The position numbers were made by a program, and so were the translations under genes. DNA of 64,000 nucleotides from Blastocatellia bacterium (GTDB lineage: Bacteria > Acidobacteriota > Blastocatellia > UBA7656): assembly GCA_963765495.1 (NCBI GenBank), contig CAVXWP010000002.1, positions 352,001 through 416,000 of the forward strand. The letters are read 5' to 3'. Of this stretch, positions 1 to 11,055 are shown piece after piece. Positions within the stretch are counted from its first letter, which is position 1. Each line of letters opens with the position of its first letter. The notes under the pieces are model-generated. The model ran no database searches, was not told the DNA's origin, and saw only the letters and a program-made list of their open reading frames with translations.

Positions 1-87
1 TTGATCGAGCTGGCCGACGGGGCAATGTATGAAGCCAAGCAGCAGGATAAAAACTCTGTGCGGCTCGCAAAGAAAGAGACTCAGTGA
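1..87 (+). CDS. C-terminal fragment of a GGDEF (diguanylate cyclase) domain protein, partial at window edge
   Basis: Frame 1 reads LIELADGAMYEAKQQDKNSVRLAKKETQ*, matching the AD.AMY.AK..G.N C-terminal GGDEF signature. Confidence 0.7.
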   Translation: MIELADGAMYEAKQQDKNSVRLAKKETQ

Positions 88-134
88 GTGCATTCGCGCG
101 CCTTTTAGTAGCGATTCCGGCTCAAGCGCGCTAA

Positions 135-1211
<1,077 letters not shown>

Positions 1212-1215
1212 TTTT

Positions 1216-1304
1216 CGTGATTCGTGAACCGTGATGCGTGATTTTATTTAGACCGCTTTGACAGGCAACTTTCAAACATCACGCATCACGGTTCACGAAT
1301 CGCG
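1216..1304. repeat. Heptamer-armed inverted repeat element (family A)
   Basis: Left arm CGTGATTCGTGAACCGTGATGCGTGAT and right arm ATCACGCATCACGGTTCACGAATCGCG are reverse complements with 1 mismatch. Confidence 0.8.
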
Positions 1305-1312
1305 TATCATTT

Positions 1313-2164
1313 ATGAGCACAAGCGCACCAAATCAAAGAGCGCCCTGGATACTGGCCGGGCTTTTGCTCGGTCACGTATTGCTGATGGCGGCCATGGCTC
1401 GCCACCCCGACAGCGAGCAGTCCATTCTCCGCACGTGGCTTATGACAGGATTTACTCCGGTCACAAAAGGAGCCGACTGGGTAATCGGAAAAGTCTCCGG
1501 CACCGTGGACAACTATGTTAATCTCAAAGGCGAGCACGAACAGAACATCGCTTTGAAAGAGCAGATTGCTCAACTGACCAAAGAACGCGACGAGGCCCGC
1601 GAGCGGGCAAAAGATTACGACCTGCTGCGCTCGCAGATTGCGCTTCCCTCCCGGCCTCAGTACACGGCCATTGCCGCCAATGTCATCGCCCGTGATACCA
1701 ATCTCTGGTACAAGCGACTGATTATTGATCGGGGCACGCTCGATGGAGTGAAACGCGATATGCCCGTTGTCACCGCCACGGGAGTTGTAGGTCGCGTGAT
1801 CGCAGTAGGACCAAACCACTCCATGGTTCAGGTGATAACCGATAAACACGCGGGCGCGGGCGCGATGTTGCAGGAGTCGCGGGTAAAAGGCGAGGTCCGA
1901 GGGCTCGATAATGCCCGCGCCGAGCTTAAGAACATCCCGGCAAATGAGGAAGTCAAGCCGGGTGATGTGGTTGTCACGACCGGGCTCGACAGGATTTATC
2001 CCCGTGGGCTCGTCATCGGAACTGTCGAAGCAGTAGAAAATGACCCGAACGCACCCTGGCACAAGATCATTATCAACCCGTCGGCCCCCGTCGACCGCGT
2101 AGAAGAGGTTCTGGTGCTTCTGGTCGATCAAAAAGACATCCAAATAGACGACACAATCAAATAG
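1313..2164 (+). CDS. mreC: Rod shape-determining protein MreC
   Basis: N-terminal TM, coiled coil, IIDRGTLDGVKRDMPVV...GVVGRV and VVTTGLDRIYPRGL motifs; position after mreB. Confidence 0.95.
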   Translation: MSTSAPNQRAPWILAGLLLGHVLLMAAMARHPDSEQSILRTWLMTGFTPVTKGADWVIGKVSGTVDNYVNLKGEHEQNIALKEQIAQLTKERDEARERAKDYDLLRSQIALPSRPQYTAIAANVIARDTNLWYKRLIIDRGTLDGVKRDMPVVTATGVVGRVIAVGPNHSMVQVITDKHAGAGAMLQESRVKGEVRGLDNARAELKNIPANEEVKPGDVVVTTGLDRIYPRGLVIGTVEAVENDPNAPWHKIIINPSAPVDRVEEVLVLLVDQKDIQIDDTIK

Positions 2165-2182
2165 ACCGAGGTAGCTTGAAGA

Positions 2183-2710
2183 GTGCAAACCTTTAAAATC
2201 GCCCTGACAATAGCCATCGCGCTCTTGCTACAACTGGTACTCACAGACCACTTGCGTTTCTTTCGGTATGTGGACCTGCCGTTGCTGGTAACTGTCTATG
2301 TCAGCCTTCAACGCGCGCCCGTGCTTGCCATGCTGACGGGCGGGGTAGCTGGTCTCGGAGGCGACGCCATTGGCGGCGGCGTGCTCGGTGTTGGAGGTTT
2401 TTCGAAAACACTGATAGGATATTTAGTAGCGTTTGCCAGCATCAAGTTGTCGCTTGAAAACCCGCTTGCCCGACTTGCAGTTGTTGCGCTCGCTTCGGCG
2501 GCAAACACGATTCTGTATGCGGGTCTCAACCTCATGCTTGAGCAGACCTTGCCCGGTATGGATACCTGGGCGCAGTTTGGAAGGACGATTGGATGGAAGG
2601 CGCTCGGCGACACGCTCACGGCTCTGATACTGTTTCTGATCCTCGACAGGGTCTTTGCCGAGCAATCACAGGCCCGTCGAATGGCGATAAAGCGCAGATT
2701 CTATGAGTAG
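2183..2710 (+). CDS. mreD: Rod shape-determining protein MreD
   Basis: Hydrophobic 175-aa membrane protein with DLPLLVTVY, between mreC and mrdA. Confidence 0.88.
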   Translation: MQTFKIALTIAIALLLQLVLTDHLRFFRYVDLPLLVTVYVSLQRAPVLAMLTGGVAGLGGDAIGGGVLGVGGFSKTLIGYLVAFASIKLSLENPLARLAVVALASAANTILYAGLNLMLEQTLPGMDTWAQFGRTIGWKALGDTLTALILFLILDRVFAEQSQARRMAIKRRFYE

Positions 2711-4664
2711 CAAGAGAAATTTCAAAGAAGCCGCCTACGATTTCGAATTGAGGCTCTACGGCATTCAATACCTCGTGCTGGTCATCGTCATTGCGCTCGG
2801 ATTTCGCTTTTACGTACTTCAGGTCACGCGCCACGATGTATTTCAGCAGCGCGCCGAAAACAACCGCATACGCGAAATCCCCATCATCGCCCCGCGCGGC
2901 GCTATTCTCGACCGCGAAGAGAAAGTACTCGTAGACAATACGCCTGCCTTTAACATCGTCGTCACTCCCGAAGACATGACCGACCGCAATGAGACTACTC
3001 GCGTGCTGGTCGAAAACCTTGCAGTAGACCGTACTCAGTTGCTCGACGAGTTGAACAATCCGTTGCGCCCAAGATCGCAGCCCGTACTGGTCAAGCAAAA
3101 TGCCACCGCTGCCGACCGCGCCTGGGTCATGGCTCACAACCTCGAACACCCTGAAATAGTTGTAGCCACCCAGCCGCAGAGGGTTTATCGCTACGGCAAA
3201 CTTGCCTCTCATGTGCTCGGCTATATCGGCGAAATCAGCTCTCGCCAGCTTGAACGCGCAAGGTACAAAGAAGCGGGCTATAAATCGGGTGACATCATCG
3301 GACAGGGTGGCATCGAGGCCGTATACGATAAGATTCTGCGCGGTCAGGACGGGATGCGTCGGTTGATTGTCGATAGCCGGGGCCGCCCCGTCCGTGAACT
3401 TGAAACCATCGAACCTATTAGGGGGCAGGACATCATCACTACGCTTGATCTGGATGTTCAACAAACCGCCGAGGAAGAGTTTGACAAGAATGACGAAACG
3501 GGCGTGGCGATTGCCTTAAACCCTCAGAACGGCGAAGTGCTGGCTATGGTTTCGCGCCCCGCCTTCGACCCCAACGTCTTTGCCGCGAATCTTATATCAT
3601 CGGGAGAATACCGCGCCGAAGTGCGAGCGCTTATGACCGACCCGAAAGACCCTATGCATAATGATGCTATTCAGGGGATATACCCGACCGGGTCTACCTG
3701 GAAGCTGCTGATGGCGACAGCCGCGCTCGAAGAAGGCGTCATCACGCCAAAGGATTCCAGAATCGCCTGCGGCGGCGGCATTCAGGTAGGCAATCGCTTT
3801 GTCAGATGCATGGGCAATCACGGCGCGCCCGATATTCACACCGCCATTGTGAAATCCTGCGACGGGTACTTCTACCGCCTCGGCCTGAAGATGGGCGTAG
3901 ATATGATCCACGACTGGGTCGTGAGGTTCGGAGCCGGACGCAAAACAGGAATCGATCTTCCAAGCGAGGTGTCGGGATGGATTCCCTCTCGCGAGCTGAA
4001 GAAGAAATTCAATCCGCGCAACCCGGAATGGAAAGATTTCGATACGGTTATTGCCTCAATAGGTCAGGGGTCGGTGGCTATCTCGCCCCTGCAACTCCTC
4101 TATGCCGTATCGGGAATCATGATGAGCGGAGAGTATAATACGCCTCACATCTTTAAAGAGGCAAAACCCAACGCGCTTTCCGATGTGACTTATTACGAAG
4201 GCGAACCCCGTCGGGTGAGCTTATCGCCTGAGACGGTTAACATCTTGACTTACGGCGCGTGGGGAGTTGTCAACGAGGGCGGAACCGCTGGCAGTGTAGG
4301 CTTTCCCAGAGAGTTGAATGTAGGAGGCAAGACCGGCACCGCTCAGGTAATAGCCATGGAAAAATCACGCGGCGGCAAAGAGCACCGCGACCATGCCTGG
4401 TTCATAGGATTTGCCCCGCTTCACACCGGAGAGAAACCGGAGATCGGCGTAGTGGCGCTGACCGAGCACGGCGGCTTCGGCGGCAGGGCCTCCGCTCCAA
4501 AGGTGAAGATGATAATGGGAGCCTATTACTCCAAGAAGTTTGGCCGCCCCGTATTGCCCGAACTCATAGCCAAAAACGAGCAGGAAAAACTCGATTCCGA
4601 AAAGGACGCTTCAGAGCTTGCCGCGCCCCTTGCGACGGCTGAGGAGCGCGCACTCGATCAGTGA
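2703..4664 (+). CDS. mrdA: Penicillin-binding protein 2, copy 1
   Basis: N-terminal TM, APRGAILDR, catalytic STWK, SCD and KTGT motifs. Confidence 0.93.
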   Translation: MSSKRNFKEAAYDFELRLYGIQYLVLVIVIALGFRFYVLQVTRHDVFQQRAENNRIREIPIIAPRGAILDREEKVLVDNTPAFNIVVTPEDMTDRNETTRVLVENLAVDRTQLLDELNNPLRPRSQPVLVKQNATAADRAWVMAHNLEHPEIVVATQPQRVYRYGKLASHVLGYIGEISSRQLERARYKEAGYKSGDIIGQGGIEAVYDKILRGQDGMRRLIVDSRGRPVRELETIEPIRGQDIITTLDLDVQQTAEEEFDKNDETGVAIALNPQNGEVLAMVSRPAFDPNVFAANLISSGEYRAEVRALMTDPKDPMHNDAIQGIYPTGSTWKLLMATAALEEGVITPKDSRIACGGGIQVGNRFVRCMGNHGAPDIHTAIVKSCDGYFYRLGLKMGVDMIHDWVVRFGAGRKTGIDLPSEVSGWIPSRELKKKFNPRNPEWKDFDTVIASIGQGSVAISPLQLLYAVSGIMMSGEYNTPHIFKEAKPNALSDVTYYEGEPRRVSLSPETVNILTYGAWGVVNEGGTAGSVGFPRELNVGGKTGTAQVIAMEKSRGGKEHRDHAWFIGFAPLHTGEKPEIGVVALTEHGGFGGRASAPKVKMIMGAYYSKKFGRPVLPELIAKNEQEKLDSEKDASELAAPLATAEERALDQ

Positions 4665-4676
4665 GGCGCAAAGATT

Positions 4677-6635
4677 ATGAGCAGTAACAAGAATAAGAAC
4701 CTCAAAGAAGGCGCATTTGATTTCGAGTTGAGAATCTCGACGGTGATGTATTTGGTGCTGGCCATATTCGTCGCCATGGGAATTCGCTTTTACGTACTTC
4801 AGGTCACGCGCCACGATGTATTTCAGCAGCGCGCCGAAAACAACCGCATACGCGAAATCCCCATCATCGCCCCGCGCGGCGCTATTCTCGACCGCGAAGA
4901 GAAAGTGCTCGTAGACAATACGCCGGCCACAAATATCGTGATAACGCCCGAAGACATGACCGACCGCAACGAGACAATTCGCGTGCTGGTCGAAAATCTC
5001 GATGTTGACCCGGAGCGGATCAAGGCGGAACTAAACGATATAAAACGCCCAAAATCGCAGCCTATACTGGTCAAGCAGAATGCCACCGATGCCGACCGGG
5101 CTTATGTGTCGGCTCACGAGTATGAGCATCCTGAAATAGCCATAGAACAGCAGCCGCAGCGGCGCTATCGCTATGGACGCCTCGCCGCGCATGTGCTCGG
5201 CTACATCGGCGAGATCAGCCCAAAACAACTCGAACTTCCCAGGTATGTAGAAGCCGGATACAAGTCGGGCGACATCATCGGGCAGGGCGGTATCGAGGCC
5301 GTATACGATAAGATTCTCAGAGGCAAAGATGGCATGCGGCGAGTCATAGTCGATAGCCGGGGCCGCCCCGTCCGTGAGCTTGAGACCATCGAACCCATCA
5401 AGGGTCAGGATATCATTACGACTCTGGACCTCGATATACAGAAAGTCGCCGAAGATCAGTTCTATAATCTGCATCATACGGGGGCCGCCATCGCCTTGAA
5501 CCCGCAGAACGGCGAGATACTGGCTATGGTTTCGGTTCCCGCCTTTGACCCGAACGTCTTCGCAATGAACGTGATCTCGGCTGGCAGCAACCGCGCCGCG
5601 GTCAACGCCATTATCAGAGACCCCGCGCACCCGCTCTTCAATAAGGCAATTCAGAGCATCTATCCGACCGGCTCTACCTGGAAGATTATGATGGCGACAG
5701 CCGGGCTCGAAGAAGGCGTCATCACGCCAAAGAACTCCAGACTTGTATGCGGCGGCGGGATTCAGGTAGGCAATCGCTTTGTCCACTGCGGCGGCAATCA
5801 TGGCTCGCCCGATATTCACGCGGCGATTGTGCATTCGTGCGACGGATATTTTTATCGCCTCGGTTTGAAGATGGGCGTTGACGAGATTCACGACTGGGTA
5901 TTGCGATTCGGCATGGGGCAGAAGACCGGCATTGATCTGCCTTCGGAAGTACGAGGGATAATACCGAGCCGCGAATGGAAAGCCAGAGTCAACCCGCGTG
6001 ACCCGGTGTGGAAAGATTTCGACACCGTCATCGCAAGCATAGGTCAGGGATCGGTCGCCGTTCCGCCCATTCAATTGATCAGGGCCGAATCGGGCATAAT
6101 GATGGGGGGCGAATTTCACACCCCGCACATATTCAAAGAAGCAAAGGCGACTCAGTTTGCCCCGGTCAAGTATTACGATGACCAGCCTACCGAGATAAAG
6201 CTTTCGCCCGAGACTATCGATATCGTCACCTACGGCGCGTGGGGCGTAGTCAATGAAGGCGGGACCGCTGGCGGAGTCGGATTCCCGCGCGACCTCAACA
6301 TAGGAGGCAAGACCGGAACCGCTCAGGTTATCGCTAAAGAAAAAGTCCGAACCAAAGAGCATAAGGACCATTCGTGGTTTATAAGCTTTGCGCCGGTCCA
6401 CACGGGCGAGAAACCCGAGATCGCCGTCGTTTCAATAACCGAAAACGGCGGCTGGGGCGCAAGCTCTTCCGCGCCTAAAGTGAAGATGATCGACGCAGCC
6501 TACTTCTCTAAGAAACTCGGCCACCCGGTTTTGCCCGAGCTTGTAGCCAGCGCAAAACAACCCCAGGATAAAGGTGCCGCCCCGGCAGCGACCGGGTCTG
6601 TGGCTACCGAGACCGAGCGGTCACGTAATCAATAA
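4677..6635 (+). CDS. mrdA: Penicillin-binding protein 2, copy 2 (tandem paralog)
   Basis: Same architecture and intact STWK/SCD/KTGT motifs as the upstream copy. Confidence 0.93.
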   Translation: MSSNKNKNLKEGAFDFELRISTVMYLVLAIFVAMGIRFYVLQVTRHDVFQQRAENNRIREIPIIAPRGAILDREEKVLVDNTPATNIVITPEDMTDRNETIRVLVENLDVDPERIKAELNDIKRPKSQPILVKQNATDADRAYVSAHEYEHPEIAIEQQPQRRYRYGRLAAHVLGYIGEISPKQLELPRYVEAGYKSGDIIGQGGIEAVYDKILRGKDGMRRVIVDSRGRPVRELETIEPIKGQDIITTLDLDIQKVAEDQFYNLHHTGAAIALNPQNGEILAMVSVPAFDPNVFAMNVISAGSNRAAVNAIIRDPAHPLFNKAIQSIYPTGSTWKIMMATAGLEEGVITPKNSRLVCGGGIQVGNRFVHCGGNHGSPDIHAAIVHSCDGYFYRLGLKMGVDEIHDWVLRFGMGQKTGIDLPSEVRGIIPSREWKARVNPRDPVWKDFDTVIASIGQGSVAVPPIQLIRAESGIMMGGEFHTPHIFKEAKATQFAPVKYYDDQPTEIKLSPETIDIVTYGAWGVVNEGGTAGGVGFPRDLNIGGKTGTAQVIAKEKVRTKEHKDHSWFISFAPVHTGEKPEIAVVSITENGGWGASSSAPKVKMIDAAYFSKKLGHPVLPELVASAKQPQDKGAAPAATGSVATETERSRNQ

Positions 6636-6665
6636 AACCCCGGGTCGATTTTATCGAATGCTCGC

Positions 6666-6905
6666 TTGCCTATGAAGAAAGAAAAGAGTTTTGAAGCCTC
6701 GCTCAAAGAGCTTGAGGAAATCGTCGAACAACTCGAAGGCGGCGACCTGCCGCTGGAAAAATCGCTCGAACTCTTCGAACAGGGAGTCCACCTCTCGCGC
6801 AATTGTCACAAGAGGTTGGACGAGGCCGAGCGCAAGGTAGAGATTTTGCTCAAAGGCGAGGACGGCGCTTTTTCAACAAGCCTCTTTGAAGAGCCGGAAG
6901 AATGA
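6666..6905 (+). CDS. xseB: Exodeoxyribonuclease VII small subunit
   Basis: SFEASLKELEEIVEQLEGGDLPLEKSLELFEQG; canonical xseB-ispA-dxs order (start may be ATG 6672). Confidence 0.95.
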   Translation: MPMKKEKSFEASLKELEEIVEQLEGGDLPLEKSLELFEQGVHLSRNCHKRLDEAERKVEILLKGEDGAFSTSLFEEPEE

Positions 6906-6935
6906 TTGGTATCTGTTCAGAAAGGAAGAAAATTT

Positions 6936-7002
6936 GCCACAGAGAGACAAAGACACAGAGATTTTTTATAATCTTATCTCTGTGCCTCTGCGCCTCTGTG
7001 GC
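6936..7002. repeat. Palindromic repeat, family B (GCCACAGAG...CTCTGTGGC)
   Basis: Inverted arms built from ACACAGAG-like octamers; related copies at about 10011 and 29695. Confidence 0.75.
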
Positions 7003-7020
7003 TACTGCTGAACTCTTACA

Positions 7021-7920
7021 ATGACAGCACCCGACGCGATTACCGATTATCTTGCGCGCCGCGCCGAAGAGGTCAATATCTGGCTGGATCGGCTGGTCCC
7101 CTCGGAGTCCTTCCCACCCGTTCATTTGCACAGGGCGATGCGCTACTCGCTTTTTGCAGGCGGCAAACGGCTCAGACCCGTGCTCGCGCTCGCAAGCGGC
7201 GAAGCCTTCGGCGCTCGATCAGAAACCATTATGCCCGCCGCCTGCGCGCTCGAAATGATCCACACCTATTCGCTCATCCACGACGACCTGCCCGCCATGG
7301 ATAACGACGATCTCCGCCGGGGCCGCCCAACCTGTCATAAGGCATTCGGAGAGGCAACAGCCATCCTGGCCGGAGACGCGCTGCTCACGCAGGCTTTCAT
7401 CGTGCTGGCGGCGCCCGCCCCTGCGATCACGCCCGAACGCCAGATACGAGTTATCCGCGAGATCTCGGCGGCAGCAGCCACCATTGACGCCATGATAGGC
7501 GGGCAGATGGCAGACATCGAAGCCGAAGGCAGACAGATTGACTCGGAGACCCTGGAATATATTCATCGCTCAAAGACCGGGGCCATGATTCGCGCCTCGG
7601 TCGTCACAGGCGCGATAATTGCCGGAGCAAGCGACGAACAGATTGAAAAAATCGGCCGCTACGGCCAGAAGATAGGTCTCGCCTTTCAGATAGCCGATGA
7701 CATACTCGATGTGACCTCGACGAGTGAAGAACTGGGCAAGACCCCGGGCAAAGACGCGGCAGCCCTCAAGGCCACTTATCCCGCGATCCACGGCATCAGG
7801 GCTTCGGAGGCTCGCGCCCGCAAGCTTGTCGATGAAGCCGTGACGCTTGCTTCCGAGCTTGGGGTAAGTTCCGGGTTGCTCGAAGAAATCGCCCGGTTCA
7901 TCATTGCCAGAAGGTCGTGA
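7021..7920 (+). CDS. ispA: Farnesyl/geranylgeranyl diphosphate synthase
   Basis: [33 protein letters not shown] and GKTPGKD motifs. Confidence 0.95.
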   Translation: MTAPDAITDYLARRAEEVNIWLDRLVPSESFPPVHLHRAMRYSLFAGGKRLRPVLALASGEAFGARSETIMPAACALEMIHTYSLIHDDLPAMDNDDLRRGRPTCHKAFGEATAILAGDALLTQAFIVLAAPAPAITPERQIRVIREISAAAATIDAMIGGQMADIEAEGRQIDSETLEYIHRSKTGAMIRASVVTGAIIAGASDEQIEKIGRYGQKIGLAFQIADDILDVTSTSEELGKTPGKDAAALKATYPAIHGIRASEARARKLVDEAVTLASELGVSSGLLEEIARFIIARRS

Positions 7921-8093
7921 TTCCGGTTATGCTTTTCGTCACGACACATCCCCCGGAAGCAGACTACGCTTATGTGAGTTTTAAACGATCGGCGCGGCTC
8001 GAAGCTTGACCAACCGCGAGCATCCTCTGCCACAGCACCGGCATCAGAGGCAGGAGCCACCGGTTAATCACTCTAGGAGAAGTAATCAATACT

Positions 8094-9998
8094 ATGAAGA
8101 TACTTTCACAGATAAATGATCCGGCAGACCTCAGACAACTTCCAGCCTCGCAGCTTCAGGAACTCGCAAACGAGATACGCGAGTACATGATCGAGACGCT
8201 GTCGAAGATAGGCGGGCACACGGGCGCAAGCCTCGGCCCCGTCGAATTGATTCTCGCCCTGCATTACGCCTTCGATACGCCGCGTGACAGGCTGGTCTTT
8301 GACATAGGCCATCAGGCATATGCTCACAAGATCATCACCGGACGCCGCGACCAGTTCCCAACCATTCGGCAGTATGACGGGTTGAGCGGGTTCCTGCGCC
8401 GCGAAGAATCGGGCTATGACGTATTCAATGCCGCGCACGCGGGCACTTCGATCTCTGCCGCCCTCGGCATAGCCGCCGCCCGCGATGTTGTCGAAGAGGA
8501 TTTCAACGTGATCGCCTTTATAGGCGATGCCGGGCTGACCGCCGGGATGGCTCTTGAAGGTATCAATCAGGTAGGGCATCTCAAAAAGAAGATGATCATA
8601 ATCCTCAACGACAACGAGATGTCCATCTCTCCAAACGTGGGCGCGCTCGCAGGCTACCTGAACCGTATACGCAGCGCGCGACCTTACAACGAACTCAAAC
8701 ACGAGGTTGAAGAATGGCTTAAATCCATCCCCGCCGTCGGCGGGATGATGCTGTCGGGGGCCAAGGCGGTCAAAGATACACTGGCGCGGGCCTTTATTCC
8801 CGGCGCGCTCTGGGAAGAACTCGGCCTCAAATATGTAGGCCCGATAAACGGCCACGACACGAACTCGATCATTCAAACCCTCGAAGAGGCCAAGAAGGAA
8901 GAGGGGCCGGTGCTTGTCCACGCCCTGACGGTCAAGGGCAAAGGATACGAGCCTGCCGAGCGCGACAAGACATCGTGGCACGGCACATCGGCCTTTGAAA
9001 TCTCAACCGGCAAATTTATCAAAGAGCCCGCCACGGGGCCGTCTTACACCGCAGTATTTGCGCAGGCTACGATTGACCTGATGAAACAGGATGATCGCAT
9101 AATGGCGATCACCGCCGCGATGCCCGACGGCACAGGGCTTTCGAAAGTGATGAAAGAATTCCCCGACAGAACATTTGACGTAGCCATAGCCGAACAGCAC
9201 GCCGTCACCTTCGCGGCAGGCATGGCGACCGAAGGATTGAAACCCATCGCGGCGATTTACTCTTCGTTTTTGCAGCGCGCATTCGATCAGATATTTCACG
9301 ATGTAGTCTTGATGGACCTGGATGTGACATTCGCGCTCGACCGCTCGGGAGTGGTCGGCGCGGACGGGCCTACGCATCACGGGTTGATGGATTTCGCCTA
9401 CCTTCGCCCGATGCCCAATTTCGTCATCATGGCTCCGAAGGACGAAAACGAGCTTCGCCACATGCTGAAGACCGCCGTAGATTACAACGGCCCGGCGGCA
9501 GTCCGCTATCCGCGCGGAAACGGCCTCGGCGTTGCGATGGACGAAGAGATACAGGCGCTTGAAATCGGCAAGGCTGAAATCCTCCGCGACGGCACTGACG
9601 TTGCGCTTCTCGGCATAGGCACGATGGTGTCTCACGTGATGAAGGCGGCAGAGAAGCTCGCCTCCGAAGGTCTCAATCCTACGGTTGTGAATGCGCGATT
9701 CGTCAAACCTCTGGATGAGGAGTTGATACTGGCGCTTGCCCGTTCGCACGGCTCAATCGTCACGGTCGAAGATCACTGGCTGACGGGCGGATTCGGAAGC
9801 GCCGTCATGGAATTGCTCGAACAACATCAATTATTCGATGTGCGAGTGCTCAGGCTGGGCTGGCCCGACAAGCTTATAGAACACGGCCCGCAGAGCCTTC
9901 TGCTTGCCAAATACGGACTTGACGGCAGCGGGATTCATTCACGTGTGAGAGATTTCGTCGCAAGCAAATACAGCTTCGAACCGATTCATTCCAGGTAG
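8094..9998 (+). CDS. dxs: 1-deoxy-D-xylulose-5-phosphate synthase
   Basis: GHQAYAHK, GDA...NDNEMSI TPP motif, IAEQHAVT, DRSGVVGADGPTHHG. Confidence 0.97.
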   Translation: MKILSQINDPADLRQLPASQLQELANEIREYMIETLSKIGGHTGASLGPVELILALHYAFDTPRDRLVFDIGHQAYAHKIITGRRDQFPTIRQYDGLSGFLRREESGYDVFNAAHAGTSISAALGIAAARDVVEEDFNVIAFIGDAGLTAGMALEGINQVGHLKKKMIIILNDNEMSISPNVGALAGYLNRIRSARPYNELKHEVEEWLKSIPAVGGMMLSGAKAVKDTLARAFIPGALWEELGLKYVGPINGHDTNSIIQTLEEAKKEEGPVLVHALTVKGKGYEPAERDKTSWHGTSAFEISTGKFIKEPATGPSYTAVFAQATIDLMKQDDRIMAITAAMPDGTGLSKVMKEFPDRTFDVAIAEQHAVTFAAGMATEGLKPIAAIYSSFLQRAFDQIFHDVVLMDLDVTFALDRSGVVGADGPTHHGLMDFAYLRPMPNFVIMAPKDENELRHMLKTAVDYNGPAAVRYPRGNGLGVAMDEEIQALEIGKAEILRDGTDVALLGIGTMVSHVMKAAEKLASEGLNPTVVNARFVKPLDEELILALARSHGSIVTVEDHWLTGGFGSAVMELLEQHQLFDVRVLRLGWPDKLIEHGPQSLLLAKYGLDGSGIHSRVRDFVASKYSFEPIHSR

Positions 9999-10010
9999 GC
10001 TTTGCCCTAT

Positions 10011-10075
10011 AGCCACAGAGACACAAAGACAAAGAGAAAAATCTTATGATTCTCTTTGTCTTTGTGTCTATAGGG
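10011..10075. repeat. Palindromic repeat, family B; likely doubles as terminator between convergent genes
   Basis: GCCACAGAGACACAAAGACAAAGAG...CTCTTTGTCTTTGTGTCT inverted arms. Confidence 0.65.
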
Positions 10076-10105
10076 CAAATTCCCTGTTCTGAAAAAGACT
10101 CCTCG

Positions 10106-10873
10106 TCACTGCGTCTCGCGCCTCATTCCCGGTTGGCCCTCTTTGATTATCCTGGTCGTATGCTCGGTGACGCTCGGAGGCGCTTCATCAAGCCCCGGAG
10201 CCGTCTGAGGCGCGGTGTCGTGATCAACGACAGAATATGACTGAGGCAGGTATTGCTCGGATTGAGATCGAGAGCCGGACGGCTCGTCCTGCGTTTGAGG
10301 CAGGAATTTCGCCGTGAGGGTAGAGATCGAATCGGCAAAACAGGCATAGATAATTTGCGCCACTCCCTTGAGCACGGGTATGAGCGCGAAAAGCCAGAGC
10401 AAAGATATCAGCCGCTCAAGCCCGTTGATCGGATGCTGCGTCGCTTCTTCTATGCTTCTCAAAGTGCCTTCGTTTATGGCAACGCGACCCAGATAAAATA
10501 GAACCGCGCCGAGTCCAAGCCCTCCAAACAGCGTAATCAATCCATTCCTCAAACTATGCTGCCAGGAATAGGAGAGCCATTCTTTTGGTCTTGGCACTCT
10601 TGGCTCTTTTGCCTTGCGCTCGATTTGTGCTCGCATTCGCGCAGGTCCCGATTTCCAGTGATCAACCGATCCCTTGTGCGCCTCCCACCCCGATTTCCAG
10701 CTTTCGGAAAACTCTCTGGCATTGCGCGCTAGCGCTTCCATGTCCAGACCGAAAGGCCCCTTGTTTGTATAGTTGCTGTCCAGCGCGCCATAAATCAGTT
10801 GCAGATTCGTCCCGCAGGACTTGCAAAATTTTTGACTTTCCAACGCTTCGTTTCCACATTTCGGACAGTACAT
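10106..10873 (-). CDS. Zinc-ribbon domain membrane protein
   Basis: MYCPKCG...FCKSCG N-terminus, two TM segments, PPSVTEHTT C-terminal motif; AAGGAG RBS before ATG 10873. Confidence 0.8.
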   Translation of the reverse strand: MYCPKCGNEALESQKFCKSCGTNLQLIYGALDSNYTNKGPFGLDMEALARNAREFSESWKSGWEAHKGSVDHWKSGPARMRAQIERKAKEPRVPRPKEWLSYSWQHSLRNGLITLFGGLGLGAVLFYLGRVAINEGTLRSIEEATQHPINGLERLISLLWLFALIPVLKGVAQIIYACFADSISTLTAKFLPQTQDEPSGSRSQSEQYLPQSYSVVDHDTAPQTAPGLDEAPPSVTEHTTRIIKEGQPGMRRETQ

Positions 10874-11055
10874 GCCGTCTCCTTTCATCAGGCCGGGCGC
10901 TTACGGGGCGCAACTTTAATACAATTTAATTGTATCACTAAAAACCTGCCAAGCTCTCTATACGAATTCATAGCGCGATTGTTTACAGGTCAGGTATTCT
11001 ATAAGAGGGGGTAGTAACGAGCAATGGGCGAAATGAATACAAAGAGACTGCCAAC

